Assembly (NCBI GenBank): GCA_965197905.1
Contig: CBDAOB010000003.1
Coordinates: forward strand, 288,001-352,000
Direction of reading: 5' to 3'
Origin: Candidatus Latescibacterota bacterium
GTDB taxonomy: Bacteria; Latescibacterota; UBA2968; UBA8231
DNA: 64,000 nt
Made by a program: the position numbers and the translations under genes. The notes under the pieces are model-generated. The model made no database searches and was not told the origin of the DNA. It worked only from the letters and a program-made list of their open reading frames with translations. Positions 41,740 through 52,586 of this stretch are shown piece after piece; position 1 is the stretch's first letter; the number at the start of each line of letters is the position of its first letter.

Positions 41740-42573
41740 ATGACAATCACATCGTACAAAGTAGCGAAGGTGCTCTTGTATGCAATTGCCGTACTTGTTT
41801 TTTTGTTGGCAATCCACATGCTCACGCTAAAATCGAAACTACCGGTGTGGGCACTGCCCCTCCTAGTCGTAGCCATACTCGCTTTTCACAGTGCAAGAGC
41901 TGACTTTATTCCAAAAGAAGTCGGCATAGGAATAAAGAATAAGAAGACCAGGATAGACTACTTTCGAACGCTCTGCCTCAATAGTATGCGGACAATGAGG
42001 ATTGTCACCGGAGAGTTTGATGTGCCTTTCTTCGGCTCTGAATTGGTGCTTTCAGCAATGCGCAATGCGCTTGTGCGAGGAGTATCGATTGAAATCATTG
42101 TTGGGAACAGAATTGAGAAGGACCTCTCTACAGACGACAATTCTCAAGAAACTGCGAAGACCAATCGGGATGCTGGTCCACAAAATGGGCAAGATTCGTT
42201 AAACGAAGAAGACTTCCTGACGATTGATAGTCCGGAAGACTACGCTGAGAGGTTCCTAGAGAGCCACAGCGTGATTGTTGAGGAACTGGCGGAGTTCATC
42301 GTCGGGGATCAACTCAGATTCTACTTCGGCGAAAGGGAAACTGAACACTTCTATCTTTCGGATCATGACATGTTGATGCAAGAAATCCATCCGCTCGGCC
42401 CGCTGGAAGTGCCTCGGTTTGTGCACATGCAGACATGCCGACTCGGTAGAACATACGACAAAAAGTTCACAGAGCTCTTAAAGAGACGGAAGCAAGTGGA
42501 TTTCAATGGGAAGTTAAATGAAATGGTCGCAAATCAGCTAGAGCGTGGACCAGGTGCTACAGACATTAATTGA
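41740..42573 (+). CDS. 2-TM protein with a PLD-like soluble domain
   Basis: MRIVTGEF...ALVRGVSIEIIVG...HFYLSD. Confidence 0.55.
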   Translation: MTITSYKVAKVLLYAIAVLVFLLAIHMLTLKSKLPVWALPLLVVAILAFHSARADFIPKEVGIGIKNKKTRIDYFRTLCLNSMRTMRIVTGEFDVPFFGSELVLSAMRNALVRGVSIEIIVGNRIEKDLSTDDNSQETAKTNRDAGPQNGQDSLNEEDFLTIDSPEDYAERFLESHSVIVEELAEFIVGDQLRFYFGERETEHFYLSDHDMLMQEIHPLGPLEVPRFVHMQTCRLGRTYDKKFTELLKRRKQVDFNGKLNEMVANQLERGPGATDIN

Positions 42574-42934
42574 GGCAGTGGGGCATGGCAACCTGATTTC
42601 ATTTTCAGGTGTCGCAGCCTCGATCGTGCTCTCAAGCGGTGCACTGGTTGTAGGCCTACCTTACTTGGACCAACCCCTTTGGCAACACCTCTCTCGACTA
42701 CTACAGATGATGATTTTTGCCGGTTTGTTTTATTGCATAACAGCCGTGCTTACTCTGGTGCATAGTTCACGAATACTATTTGGACTCCTAAACATACCCA
42801 TTCTAACGCATCAACACTTGATTGCGGCCGCAGTGATCTGTTGGCTCTTCGCTACGGGGCTTTTAATGTTGTCCTTTGCTTGGCCTCTCTGGCGTTTAAT
42901 GAAGCAGAAAAGATCTTCGATACACTCCCCCTAA
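42545..42934 (+). CDS. Small membrane protein
   Basis: Three hydrophobic segments; overlaps the upstream gene. Confidence 0.6.
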   Translation: MDQVLQTLIEAVGHGNLISFSGVAASIVLSSGALVVGLPYLDQPLWQHLSRLLQMMIFAGLFYCITAVLTLVHSSRILFGLLNIPILTHQHLIAAAVICWLFATGLLMLSFAWPLWRLMKQKRSSIHSP

Positions 42935-42946
42935 AAGCTCAAGGAG

Positions 42947-43348
42947 TTATCCAGTAGCCCTCTCAATTTCAAACGCCTGAGCATAAGGACCGCTATCTTC
43001 GTCAACTCGCTCGGTATAATACACCTTGTATTTCTTCGAACGCAGATCGAACACACCCTCGTATTCCAGTCTGACAGGATGTTCTGGCCCTAGGTTGAAG
43101 ATCCCGCTACGGCCATATATGGTTCGTTCCTCGCCACTAAAGTTAATAGTTTCACCGTCGTTATATTTGCCGAGGATTTCTTCAAGCATCGTACCGCGTA
43201 CGTCCTTTGTCGGGATCTTGAGTACACTCCTGGTTCCATCAATCGCCTCGATTGTTAGTTTCACGTAGTGAACCGGGCCATATGCCACGCTTACCTCACT
43301 GACTGAGGCAAGTCGGCCCTCGATTGGTGTCGCCCCGCTGTTTTTCAT
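42947..43348 (-). CDS. Hypothetical protein
   Basis: GGAG RBS; 133 aa. Confidence 0.6.
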   Translation of the reverse strand: MKNSGATPIEGRLASVSEVSVAYGPVHYVKLTIEAIDGTRSVLKIPTKDVRGTMLEEILGKYNDGETINFSGEERTIYGRSGIFNLGPEHPVRLEYEGVFDLRSKKYKVYYTERVDEDSGPYAQAFEIERATG

Positions 43349-43727
43349 TTTCCTAACTCCCTCCTCCCTTCCGTAAACACAGCAAAGCCTGTACCTCCTT
43401 AGATTGCTGAGGCAAAATCATAGACACGCGTAATGGTTCTTGCGCGTATCAGACGGATTTAAGTATCTGTTATTTATATAACTTACCCCAGATCAGACGA
43501 AATATCAGATCGGGGATATGCGCGGAGATTCCAGGGGAAGGCAGGAAAGTGCCATCAGTAGGGGTTTCTCGAGGATACCCACGATGTTGACATACCGCAA
43601 GCGAAATATGCCATATGTGGTAGCCGCACTCGCTCGACCATGCATGATGGGGTGAGGAAAATGACCCGTGTTGGGGCAAATGCCCCAGGTCCTATACGCG
43701 GTAATAATCACCGACCCAAAGAATGGA

Positions 43728-43793
43728 GAGCTATAATCAGAAGGTGTTGAAATAGACAGACGGTGATCCTACCCTTCCTTTGTAATTAGCCAT
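43728..43793 (+). mobile_element. Isolated left end of an IS256 element related to 26046
   Basis: gagctataatcagaaggtgttgaaatagacaga...atcctacccttcctttgtaattag matches 26046-26108. Confidence 0.85.
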
Positions 43794-44580
43794 GGCGTTG
43801 GTGCATGGCTCCCTCGCTTGACATCTCCAATGGGTCCGGGCGATCCTGTTCCTTTGTGGATCGATACTCGAGGAGGATCGCTGATGGCTGCCCGGACGAA
43901 GACCAAGGTGCCGCCGAAGTACCAGGCGAACTACCGAGTGAAGAACTGGGCGGCGTACGATGTCGCTCTCAGAGAACGCTGCGACATCACGGTCTGGTTC
44001 GACGACGCGGCGATTTGCACATGGAATGCGCCTGCGAGCGGCCGTCCAGGGGGTCAGCGCAGGTATTCTGACCTGGCGATCGTAACCACATTGACCTTGA
44101 GAACGGTGTTCCATCTGCCGCTGCGGCAGACCGAAGGCTTCGTCGCTTCCCTGATTGGCTTGATGGGCCTTGCCCTCCAGACGCCCGACCATACGACGCT
44201 CTCACGACGTCATCGTAGTGTTGAGGTCCCGCACCTGCTCAGAGGTCACGAAGGCCCGCTCCATCTCGTCATCGACTCGACCGGCCTGCAGATATTGGGC
44301 GACGGGGAGTGGCAGGCTCACAAGCACAAGACCTCGAGCCGCCGCAGCTGGCGCAAGCTACACCTGGGCATTGATGGGGACGGGTACATTATCGCCGCAG
44401 CGCTCAGCGACAGAGGTGTGGACGATGCGACCGTTGCGATCTCGACACTCAAGCAAGTCGATGGCACGGTCGCGCGGTTCACTGCAGACGGAGCCTACGA
44501 TACACGATCGATGTACGAGGCGCTGGCCGCATCGGGAGGCGCCAACATGAAGTCGTGATCCCGCCGAAGAAGACAGCCAC
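43794..44580 (+). mobile_element. IS5-family element, 3'-truncated (transposase 43884-44558)
   Basis: NWAAYD.AL, LPLRQTEG, PDHTTLSRR, IDSTG, WRKLHL, ADGAYD. Confidence 0.88.
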
Positions 44581-44723
44581 AGTGGATTCGTTACGGTCGA
44601 CGTCAATGGCGGAAGGAGTCGGGCGCTCACCGCCAGGCTCGCGCTGTGTCTGGTAGACGTTCCAACGTTCCGATTCGAGGTATGGGGAACGTCGGAGCGT
44701 TTGCGCCGCGAGCGCGAAAGACA

Positions 44724-44951
44724 TCAGGCTACAAAGCGGCCGTTCGGGTGGTTGTCCAACACTTCTCGAATGAAGCGCCCTTTGGACACCGCCGGTATTG
44801 TGAACTGCTCCCGGATGTGCGGTAGACACGAGCCGTACCACCATTCCACTTCGTCCTTCTTGAAGCGCACGAAGATAGTTTCCTGCGCTTGGTCATAGGC
44901 GACTGCGACGACCCGCTCAGAGTCGGTGACATCAATCCAGTTGATCGTCAT
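44724..44951 (-). CDS. KTSC-domain protein
   Basis: S..V.AVAYD....IFVRFK...W.Y...SKGRF. Confidence 0.75.
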   Translation of the reverse strand: MTINWIDVTDSERVVAVAYDQAQETIFVRFKKDEVEWWYGSCLPHIREQFTIPAVSKGRFIREVLDNHPNGRFVA

Positions 44952-45029
44952 GCTATTCTCCTCCGGGGGCTGCGAACCTGTCAATGGGGAGTTTCGCCAG
45001 GCTCAGGCACCGGTGTCGTTAAAAGATCG

Positions 45030-45569
45030 TTAGTCAGGGCGTCTTTGGATAATTCCAGCGCTCTTGCCTTCAGGGGCATCGTCTAGTTCCCCGGCCACAA
45101 TCAGATGTTTCCTGGCAAGATCCAGCGCGTGCTGTTTGAAGCCGGCGTCGGCGCCTAGCTGGAGAATCTGCTGTGACGCTGCGCATCTGCCGCTAGGTTC
45201 TTGATGAACTCCTGGGCTTGGTGCAGCGCTGCCTCCGGCAGGCTCTTGGCCGCGGTGGCATAGCGCACCACCGTGGCGTCCGCGGCCACGTCCACGAGCT
45301 GGACGGTAAACGGTGTTAGGGGCTGCCCGTAGCGGGATCGGGCGTGTTCGACGGTGAAGGCGTGCTGGTTTTATCTCGCGTAGTTCGAGGTGGGCATCAA
45401 CCAAGGCGTTGAGCGCCGAAGGGCCCCGGTAGCGGTGCGCCGCGTCGGCTTCCCGTTCACCCGTTTTGCGGCAGAAGACGAAAGCGCAGCCGTAGGTGTT
45501 CATCCAGCTCTTGAAGTTCTCCAACAAGGGCGCCAGCTCACCCGTATCGCTCTCGTGGATGGGATCCAC
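45030..45569 (-). pseudogene. RecA-like (AAA_25) primase/helicase remnant
   Basis: DP...GCAFVF..KTG...YRGPSAL.ALVD. Confidence 0.45.
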
Positions 45570-45675
45570 GGTTTGGTGGCATAAATGGCTTTGTTTGGAA
45601 ATCCGTAGGGTGTTGAAATCCCTGTATATTCATAAGTCTTTAATAATTAATTAGTTATACTAACAAAGAGGGGGT

Positions 45676-45912
45676 TTACATCCGGCCTATTTCCAAACAA
45701 AGCCATTCTCGGAACGCCAGCTCAGGTTCACGTCCCGCAAACATCTCGATCGCACGCAGCTCACTATCTTGGCACTCGTCCCGTGCAACGATGATCAGGT
45801 CGATATCGCTCCGGCCTGGCGTATAGTTCCCTGCGGCCAGCGATCCTACAACTACAACGGCGAGCGTGTTGGGCAGGAGGGTCTCCTGCCGGCTCGAGTA
45901 TTCAGCCAGCAC
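45676..45912 (-). pseudogene. Nucleotidyltransferase N-terminal remnant
   Basis: VGSLAAGNYTPGRSDIDLIIV. Confidence 0.65.
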
Positions 45913-46917
45913 CGAGAGGCCTACCGAATCGGTTGTGCCAAAGGCGAGTTGACCGCATCCGTACCGGCCTGGTTTCGCGACAACGCCGAGTCGCCTGTCG
46001 ACTTTCCCACTGTGGGAGACTGGGTTGCCGCCAAGATCCCGGGTGCCACCGACCCCGCCTCGATCTGCGCGGTGCTGCCCCGGCGCAGCAAGTTCGCCCG
46101 CAGAGCAGCCGGAGATTACGATGTCGAGCAGCTCATCGCCGTCAACATCGACCTGCTCTTCCTGGTCAGCGGCCTGGATGGCGACTTCAATCTCCGGCGC
46201 ATCGAACGCTACCTGGCCTTGGCCTATGAGAGTGGCGCCAATCCCGTCGTTCTACTCAATAAGGCCGATCTTTGCGATGACGTGGGGGCGCGCACCGCGG
46301 AGGTCGAATCAATCGCCGTCGGCCTGTCTGTCCTGCCCGTCAGCGCCGAAACCGGTGACGGCCTGGAAGAGTTGAGGGGATACCTGCCTGTGGGAACGAC
46401 TGCAGCCCTGGTGGGATCGTCGGGTGTGGGGAAATCGACCATCGTCAACCGTCTCTTGGGCAGCCAGCACCTGGCCGTGAACGCTGTGCGGGCGGGCGAT
46501 CAACGTGGACGCCACACCACTTCGCATCGCCAGTTGCTGGTGCTGCCCGACGGTGGACTCATCATCGACACGCCGGGCATGCGCGAGCTGCGCATGTGGG
46601 GCGACGATACCGGCTTCCAGGAGCTCTTCAAAGACGTGGAGGAGCTCGCCATCAACTGTCGTTTCAGCGATTGTACCCACCAGCACGAAACCGGGTGCTC
46701 GGTGCGGGCAGCGGTGGAGAGGGGTGCGCTGGATCCCGGCAGACTGCGGAGCTACCTCGCCATGAAACGCGAGTTCACCCGTATTGCCCTCAGGCGCAAG
46801 CCCACGGAAGGGAAAATGGACAAGGAGGAGAAACGGCAGGACAAGCGGCGCTCGCGTCACGCCGCCCGGAGACGGCTGGGGCCGGAAGGCGACGAGCGTA
46901 TCGAAGATCCTAGATAA
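45890..46917 (+). CDS. rsgA: Ribosome small-subunit-dependent GTPase A (native N-terminus apparently lost)
   Basis: PTVGDWV, NKAD, GSSGVGKST, GRHTT, DTPG, CRFSDCTH..E.GC. Confidence 0.88.
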
Positions 46918-46955
46918 AATAGAAGGCTTGTGAGGTTGACAATGGAAAATGGTCA

Positions 46956-47738
46956 ATGATCGAGATTCCTCCATCGCAACGAAAGACAATAGCGGGCTTG
47001 TTCGCCGGCCATATCGGTCTGCGCACTGTCGTAAACGGCATGCTGCAAGGCCGTTTCGGCGAGGCTTGGGCGGATGCGGCAGAGGGTGCCGAAGTCGCAT
47101 GCCTGTCGATCGGACCGTTCACCTGCGTGGGCGGTGATTGGGCGCACCCGGCGGCTGATGACCTTATCGGGCAGTGGTCGGACACTCGCGTCGTCCTGGT
47201 GGCGGATGACGGTTGGCAGCGAAAGGTCACGACGTGGGAAGGCTCGCAAACGACTGTCGTAGAGCGCTCCGCCTTTTCAAATGAACACCTGGAGAAGGAC
47301 CACCTGGAATCTCTCGCGGCGAAGGTGCCTGACGGCTTTGCGATCCGGGCGATCGACTGCGAGTTGGCTGAAAGAATTACAACAGAAGTGCACAAAAATC
47401 TCATCCCCGACCTGTTCTGGACGTCAGCGGAGGATTTTATCCGGCAGGGCTTCGGCTACTGCGCGGTGGCCAACGAGCGCATCGAAGCCGGAGTCACCTC
47501 GGCACTCTTATCCAACGATGCCGCGGGCATCCAGATCAATACCAACCAGGCCAACCGCGGCAAAGGCCTGGCCACCTCTTTGGGGGCGACGTTTTTGCTG
47601 GACTGCCTCGAACGGGACTTGGCGCCGCACTGGGATAGCGGAGACCCGACGTCGTGTCATATCGCCGAAAAGCTAGGTTATGAACTGGTTGGCGTGTATC
47701 CGGTATTGGAGTGGAAGCCGGGGAGTGAGGTAGGGTAG
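46956..47738 (+). CDS. GNAT-family acetyltransferase
   Basis: GFGYC, RGKGLA, PHWD, IAEKLGY. Confidence 0.85.
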   Translation: MIEIPPSQRKTIAGLFAGHIGLRTVVNGMLQGRFGEAWADAAEGAEVACLSIGPFTCVGGDWAHPAADDLIGQWSDTRVVLVADDGWQRKVTTWEGSQTTVVERSAFSNEHLEKDHLESLAAKVPDGFAIRAIDCELAERITTEVHKNLIPDLFWTSAEDFIRQGFGYCAVANERIEAGVTSALLSNDAAGIQINTNQANRGKGLATSLGATFLLDCLERDLAPHWDSGDPTSCHIAEKLGYELVGVYPVLEWKPGSEVG

Positions 47739-48045
47739 ATCGGACGAAGAGGCAGCGCGTGCCTGTTGAGGACAAGCGGTAAGATCGATTAGGTAGAAAA
47801 ACGTTTCGCCGCGTCATATTCCCACAGAAGGCCAGGTTTTTAGCCAAAGCGCAACACCGCAATCGACAGACGCGATGCAAAGTCCTTGACAAGCCCCAGC
47901 TCCCACGTTTGCTTGATGGGTAGCGCTCATAAGGGAGCCTCTATGTCCGCAGAAAGGGCTTAGCCCACCTTACAAAAACCACATATCAACCTTCTTTCTG
48001 CCTGCAAATGCGGACGCCAGGCGTTTAACGAGAAAGAGGGTCCGC

Positions 48046-48603
48046 ATGGCGAAATCCCTTCCTTCTACACCCAACCTCGAGCACCTTAAGAAGCAGGCCA
48101 AGCAGTTGGTGCAAGGTCACCAGGCCGGCGAAGTCGAGGCGTTCAACCGCATCAAGGCGTCCTTCCCTAAACTGATGTCAGCCTCGGTGCAAGACATTCT
48201 TGCCGCCGAGTTCTCGCTCTGCAACGCCCAGCTGGTCGTCGCACGCGAGTATGGCTTCAGCACATGGACAGATTTACTCACGGCGGTTAAGACGCCAGGG
48301 GGGGCCTGGTTCAAGCACACCTTTATCGGTGAGCATCCCAGCATCGAAAAGCTTGGGGCACAGATCGCGCGGATCGCGCCGAGCAGGCTGGCGGTGTTGG
48401 TGTTTGGCGAGTCGGGCACTGGCAAGGCGTTGGTCGCCCGCGCGCTACATCATGCGAGCGGGCGCAAAGGTTCCTTCGTCCAGGTCGATTGCAGCATCGA
48501 GCCCGGGATCCTGGTCGACAGCGAGTTGTTCGGCCACGAAGTCGGCGCCTTCACCGGGGCCAACCGCGCAAGGACTGTGCCATCAAGCGCGGAATGCACC
48601 TAA
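48046..48603 (+). CDS. LPxxPNLEHLKKQAK N-domain fused to a truncated sigma54-activator AAA domain
   Basis: PNLEHLKKQAK...AQLVVAREYGF.TW; GESGTGK, SELFGH..GAFTGA, then premature end. Confidence 0.8.
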   Translation: MAKSLPSTPNLEHLKKQAKQLVQGHQAGEVEAFNRIKASFPKLMSASVQDILAAEFSLCNAQLVVAREYGFSTWTDLLTAVKTPGGAWFKHTFIGEHPSIEKLGAQIARIAPSRLAVLVFGESGTGKALVARALHHASGRKGSFVQVDCSIEPGILVDSELFGHEVGAFTGANRARTVPSSAECT

Positions 48604-48917
48604 TTCGCTGTGGTGCAAGGTCTACAGAGGATTTGCTGAACGCCTTGGAATTACTGCACTGTCCACTATGTCGGACAGGATTCCGAAGCTGATGAGGATG
48701 TGAATCGGTCGAGGTCTGGCTCAGCGGTTTTAGATACCAGGTAAGTGGTAGGCGAGGGCAGGGCGGTCAGGTGAGTACACGGGGCCATGCGTTGCGTCCG
48801 GTCCCTTTGGGTGGACAGTGTCAAGAAAAAATCGGGACTCTCCATCGATGAAAACCCACAAATATGCATCCCCACCGGAGTAATATAAGACGGACTTCAG
48901 ATTTCAAAGGGGGCACC

Positions 48918-49583
48918 GTGTACGATGATTTGCAGTTGTTTGCAATTGAGGTCGACGCGACATACCGGCTGGACAACGGTGGGCGTTTCGCATGTGACGA
49001 AGCGACCCGCTTCTTCATAGGACAGACCATATGTGGAAACCTTAGCAGATTCCGTATCGACCAGCCGAGCGAGCTGATTACGGAGCTGAACGCGATTGTC
49101 GAGAAAGAGCCGGTCGTATCTGATCTGCGGGCTGGGCTTACATACCTCGAGGAATACAAGCGGATATTGTCCAAATGGGCGCCAGTGATGCGCGTGAAGA
49201 ATGGGCTAGGGTACCGATATCCTCAGAACCTACAGCATTTCCCTGATGTCGTTAGAGTTAGGCAAGACAACGTTCATCTTGCCGCCGAGAGTTTTCGTGG
49301 CTCTTGGAGGAAGTCAACGATTGTCAGCCCTGTGTGGCTGTGGAGGAAGAGGGTAAGTTCATCTCTGTATGCCACACCGTAAGAATATCTCCGGAGGCCC
49401 ATGTAGCGGGAGTCACTTCAGGGTTACAGGAGAAAGGGTTACGCTACGGCCGTTGCTGTAGAATGGGGAATTGCTGTTCGCGAGCTCGGCTTACTTCCCA
49501 TATACAGCACGGCATTAGACAACATTGCATCGCAAGGCGTCGCGGCCAAGGCAGGGCTGGTGCTCTACAATGCTGATCACCAT
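48918..49583 (+). pseudogene. GNAT acetyltransferase, frameshifted
   Basis: Fragments in different frames: SVCHTVR..EAHVAGV; YRRKGYATAV...YSTALDNIASQGVA. Confidence 0.65.
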
Positions 49584-49630
49584 TTCATGTAGAGTTATGG
49601 TGTCTCCGGGTCTAGCCCGAGTCCCCTTTC

Positions 49631-49870
49631 GGCGTTTCAATGCCGTTCTCGCGGCAGATTTTGGCGAAAGTAGGCGGACTGATTCCAAGCGCAGCGGCGG
49701 CTTCCCTATTTGTGACGTACATCCTGGCAGCACGACGCACACACTCTACAGATTTGGCTTGTATCATAGGAAAATCAAAGTACCAAGTCTGTGAGATAGG
49801 TTCAATTAGGGACCTACCGCCCCGGGTAGGCGTTTCCGAAGGTCCAGCGCCGAATGGCGCCAGTAAGTCC
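49631..49870. repeat. Second copy of the 230-250 bp repeat / long attC-like element
   Basis: Matches 33283-33511. Confidence 0.85.
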
Positions 49871-50437
49871 TCAGCTACCGGACGATGGTAGGCCGCCTTT
49901 TAATTCGGATCCCAATCCGCTCTCATTTGGCGGAAACAGTGAATCGACAATTTTGTGAACAGCCGACGATACCTTTAGTTTTCCTTCTCTTTCAGATCTA
50001 AAAAACTCTCGCAGAGACATGAATTTGACTTCAGAAATTTCATTTGGGTCAAAATCGAACGGTCCATTAGAATGTGCCCTGAAAATCGCAGAAAACTCCG
50101 ACTCGTTTTTGTACCTGTATAAAAACTTGCCCAGGAACTCTACTATAATATCAACGCCCAATTCTTCCTTAACTTCGCGGATGGCCGTCTGCTCGTAGCT
50201 CTCACCATAGTTCACATGCCCACCTGCAGATGTTATCCATGCACCTGGATTCACATCTTTTTTCAGGCTTCGTTTCTGCCATAGAATTTGATTTGTGTCA
50301 TTGAATATCAACACGAAAGTTGCTCGATGAATAAGAATTGGAACTGAGTTACATTTCTTGCGCGTGGCACGTCCAATGACTGTATCATTGATATCCACGA
50401 CATCGAAGATTTCATTGAGATCATCTGTGTTACGCAA
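49871..50437 (-). CDS. NUDIX hydrolase (IPP-isomerase/YfcD-like)
   Basis: HRA..V, QKRS..K, GGHV..GESYEQTAIREVKEELG. Confidence 0.9.
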   Translation of the reverse strand: MRNTDDLNEIFDVVDINDTVIGRATRKKCNSVPILIHRATFVLIFNDTNQILWQKRSLKKDVNPGAWITSAGGHVNYGESYEQTAIREVKEELGVDIIVEFLGKFLYRYKNESEFSAIFRAHSNGPFDFDPNEISEVKFMSLREFFRSEREGKLKVSSAVHKIVDSLFPPNESGLGSELKGGLPSSGS

Positions 50438-50577
50438 CGAGGGACCTCACTACGGAATCACTGGTGAATCAGTCCAAAGCCGGCAGTATCCTACTCGAAC
50501 GGTCTCGGAGTAGGCCATTTCCACGGTTCGTCTCTCTTCACCGGCATCCTCACACCAAGCGAACAGCAAACATCCAC

Positions 50578-50735
50578 GCCGTGTCTCGATCCTGTCTTCG
50601 GACAAGTCGTGGGCGACACGAATGGCGAAGAATACGGTGCGGAATCGCGTGCACAGTGGCAAGCAATATCGTGCATCCGAACGCCTCCTCCCAGCGACAG
50701 GGCCAAGGAGCGACGCTTGTCTGGTGAAGTGATCA
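50578..50735 (-). repeat. Family C long attC-like element
   Basis: gcatccgaacgcctcctcccagcgacagggccaagg core. Confidence 0.6.
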
Positions 50736-50737
50736 CC

Positions 50738-51175
50738 CTACTCACTGCGGGCGTCGGGGGCCAACAGTCGCTTTTGGAAGAATATTTGCCGTTGGCCCGG
50801 TGGTAGGTCTTCAATTTCGCCCCAAGTTGAATAACCTCGCGTGTGGTAAAATTCATGCTCGTGAAAACTCATTGAATCCAGAAACGCTCCAATACAGCCG
50901 CGCTTAGTCGCTTCCTCTTCAGCAAGAAGGAGAAGTCGCGTGCCGATTCCTTGTCCTCGATCGCTCTCATGAACCCAAACAATGCTGATGTGAAGCCAAT
51001 GCCAGAACGTCTCCCCTAACAGGCCGCCGCGTATCGTACCTCCCTCGTCGCGGACGAAAATAGATAGTGGTTTGAAGTGATCGGGTCCAACGATGGCTTC
51101 ATCATGCTCATTAAGGCGATCACGAACAAAGTCGCAATCCTCGGGGCTCGGATCGGCTTCAATCAGAATTTGCAT
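50738..51175 (-). CDS. GNAT acetyltransferase
   Basis: GGLLG..FWHWLHI..VWV...RGQGIG. Confidence 0.9.
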   Translation of the reverse strand: MQILIEADPSPEDCDFVRDRLNEHDEAIVGPDHFKPLSIFVRDEGGTIRGGLLGETFWHWLHISIVWVHESDRGQGIGTRLLLLAEEEATKRGCIGAFLDSMSFHEHEFYHTRGYSTWGEIEDLPPGQRQIFFQKRLLAPDARSE

Positions 51176-51213
51176 GATCTTTTTTGGTGGGCAACCTGAG
51201 CCTTTTCACGACC

Positions 51214-51294
51214 TAATGTTACGCGGCTTGCGAACCGCGAATGCGGCTTGTCAAAAGCCCAGGTCCGATCGGCGCGCGGCGTAATTGCTACGAT
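51214..51294 (-). repeat. attC-like site (family B)
   Basis: taatgttacgcggcttgcgaaccgcgaatgcgg...gcgtaattgc. Confidence 0.7.
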
Positions 51295-51346
51295 ATCTGA
51301 TACATCGTCCTCAACGAACCCGATTCGATTGCTGTCTCTGGTAGCC

Positions 51347-51817
51347 TTACACCAACTGTTCAGTCTGCACTTCGAATGGATCGTTGTTGTAGGACAGATA
51401 TAAGACGCGTCCATCAAACTCCTGAAATTGCTGGAACCTTCGGCTGTAAACAGGATGCTCAATCATAACGCTGGCAGCCTTTTTCGTGACCCAGCGAACA
51501 TCAATCATTTCGTCGCCGACTTCGGCATTACCAGCAATCCATGAGCCGACAAAGTCAAAGATCACGCGGCTGTTGCTGAGGTTGGAATAAACCCCGACAA
51601 GTTGACCCACCGAAGCAACTATGTTGGACTCCTCTTTGACTTCATTGATAACTCCATCAAGAATGGACTCACCTTGCTCTATTTGACCACCGGGGAATTC
51701 CCATCCTCTCCGGTCCGTTCGAACCAGCAGAACCTCATCCTCCCGTTCTACGAGACTTCCAGCAGCGACAATATGCTCTGGCGATTTATTCGGGTCAGGC
51801 TTCAACAGAACGGCCAA
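51347..51817 (-). CDS. NUDIX hydrolase
   Basis: WEFPGGQIEQGES...EVKEES. Confidence 0.9.
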   Translation of the reverse strand: MAVLLKPDPNKSPEHIVAAGSLVEREDEVLLVRTDRRGWEFPGGQIEQGESILDGVINEVKEESNIVASVGQLVGVYSNLSNSRVIFDFVGSWIAGNAEVGDEMIDVRWVTKKAASVMIEHPVYSRRFQQFQEFDGRVLYLSYNNDPFEVQTEQLV

Positions 51818-51880
51818 CTCCCCTTAGATCATGCCAGAAATGGCGGTGTGTTGGATCTCACGCGACGAGGGAATGGCGCC

Positions 51881-51935
51881 TAACTGTTGCCCATCAGCTG
51901 CACCGCGAGGTGGTGTCTTGGGCAGGCGTTTGTTA
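51881..51935 (-). repeat. Short attC-like site overlapping a stop codon
   Basis: taac..tgccca...caccgcgaggtg...tgggca...gtta. Confidence 0.6.
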
Positions 51936-52471
51936 TGCGTGGACACTGTAGCACCATCCTGGCTGCCAGTTTCCCTCATTCCGCCAATCGTTCATGATTG
52001 CTTCCTCCCACGATACTTTGTTACAGATCACTTCCAACGCCAACTGAGGATACTTGTGTGATACGATGGCAATATTGCCACCAAAGAAAGCCACGATATG
52101 TTCCTCAAGGAATGTCCGGACTCGTCTCTCTACATCGAGGCAGTTCTCACCCAACTTGTAACGGGTTTGGATGCACTCCAGTTCATCGCTGGGAAACTCT
52201 CCACTTGCACGACCGTTCAGCGCTCCATAATTCATTTCTCTGAGTCTGGAATCAAGCACGACCTCGCGGCCGGGAAAACGATTTCAGTGGTTTCTGCCGC
52301 TCTTTTCAAATCCGAGCAGAATATGGCATCAAAGAACATGCCGGCGCATTGACGACAAAGTGACTGTGCCTGTTCTATCCCCTGTTCGGAAAGCGACACA
52401 TCGCTCCAACCAGAACGAATCCCCGCCTCGTTGTCTTTGGACGTGCTATGAACGAAGTATGTCACTTCCAT
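51933..52471 (-). pseudogene. Histidine phosphatase family, frameshifted near 52260
   Basis: YFVHS.S.DN..G..SGW.DVSLS..G, SDLKRA..T; D.RLREMNYG, IVSH. Confidence 0.8.
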
Positions 52472-52476
52472 CTTTT

Positions 52477-52543
52477 TAGCGTTCTCGCCGTGCCCGCGTA
52501 GCGGTTGCGCGAAGGGCGCATGACCGAAGCCGGGCACGTGTTA
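52477..52543 (-). repeat. attC-like site (family A, internally shortened)
   Basis: gttctcgccgtgcccg...gaagccgggcacgtgtta. Confidence 0.75.
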
Positions 52544-52586
52544 TGCGCCGGTAGCGAAACTCATCGAAGACTTCGCCATTTGGTAT

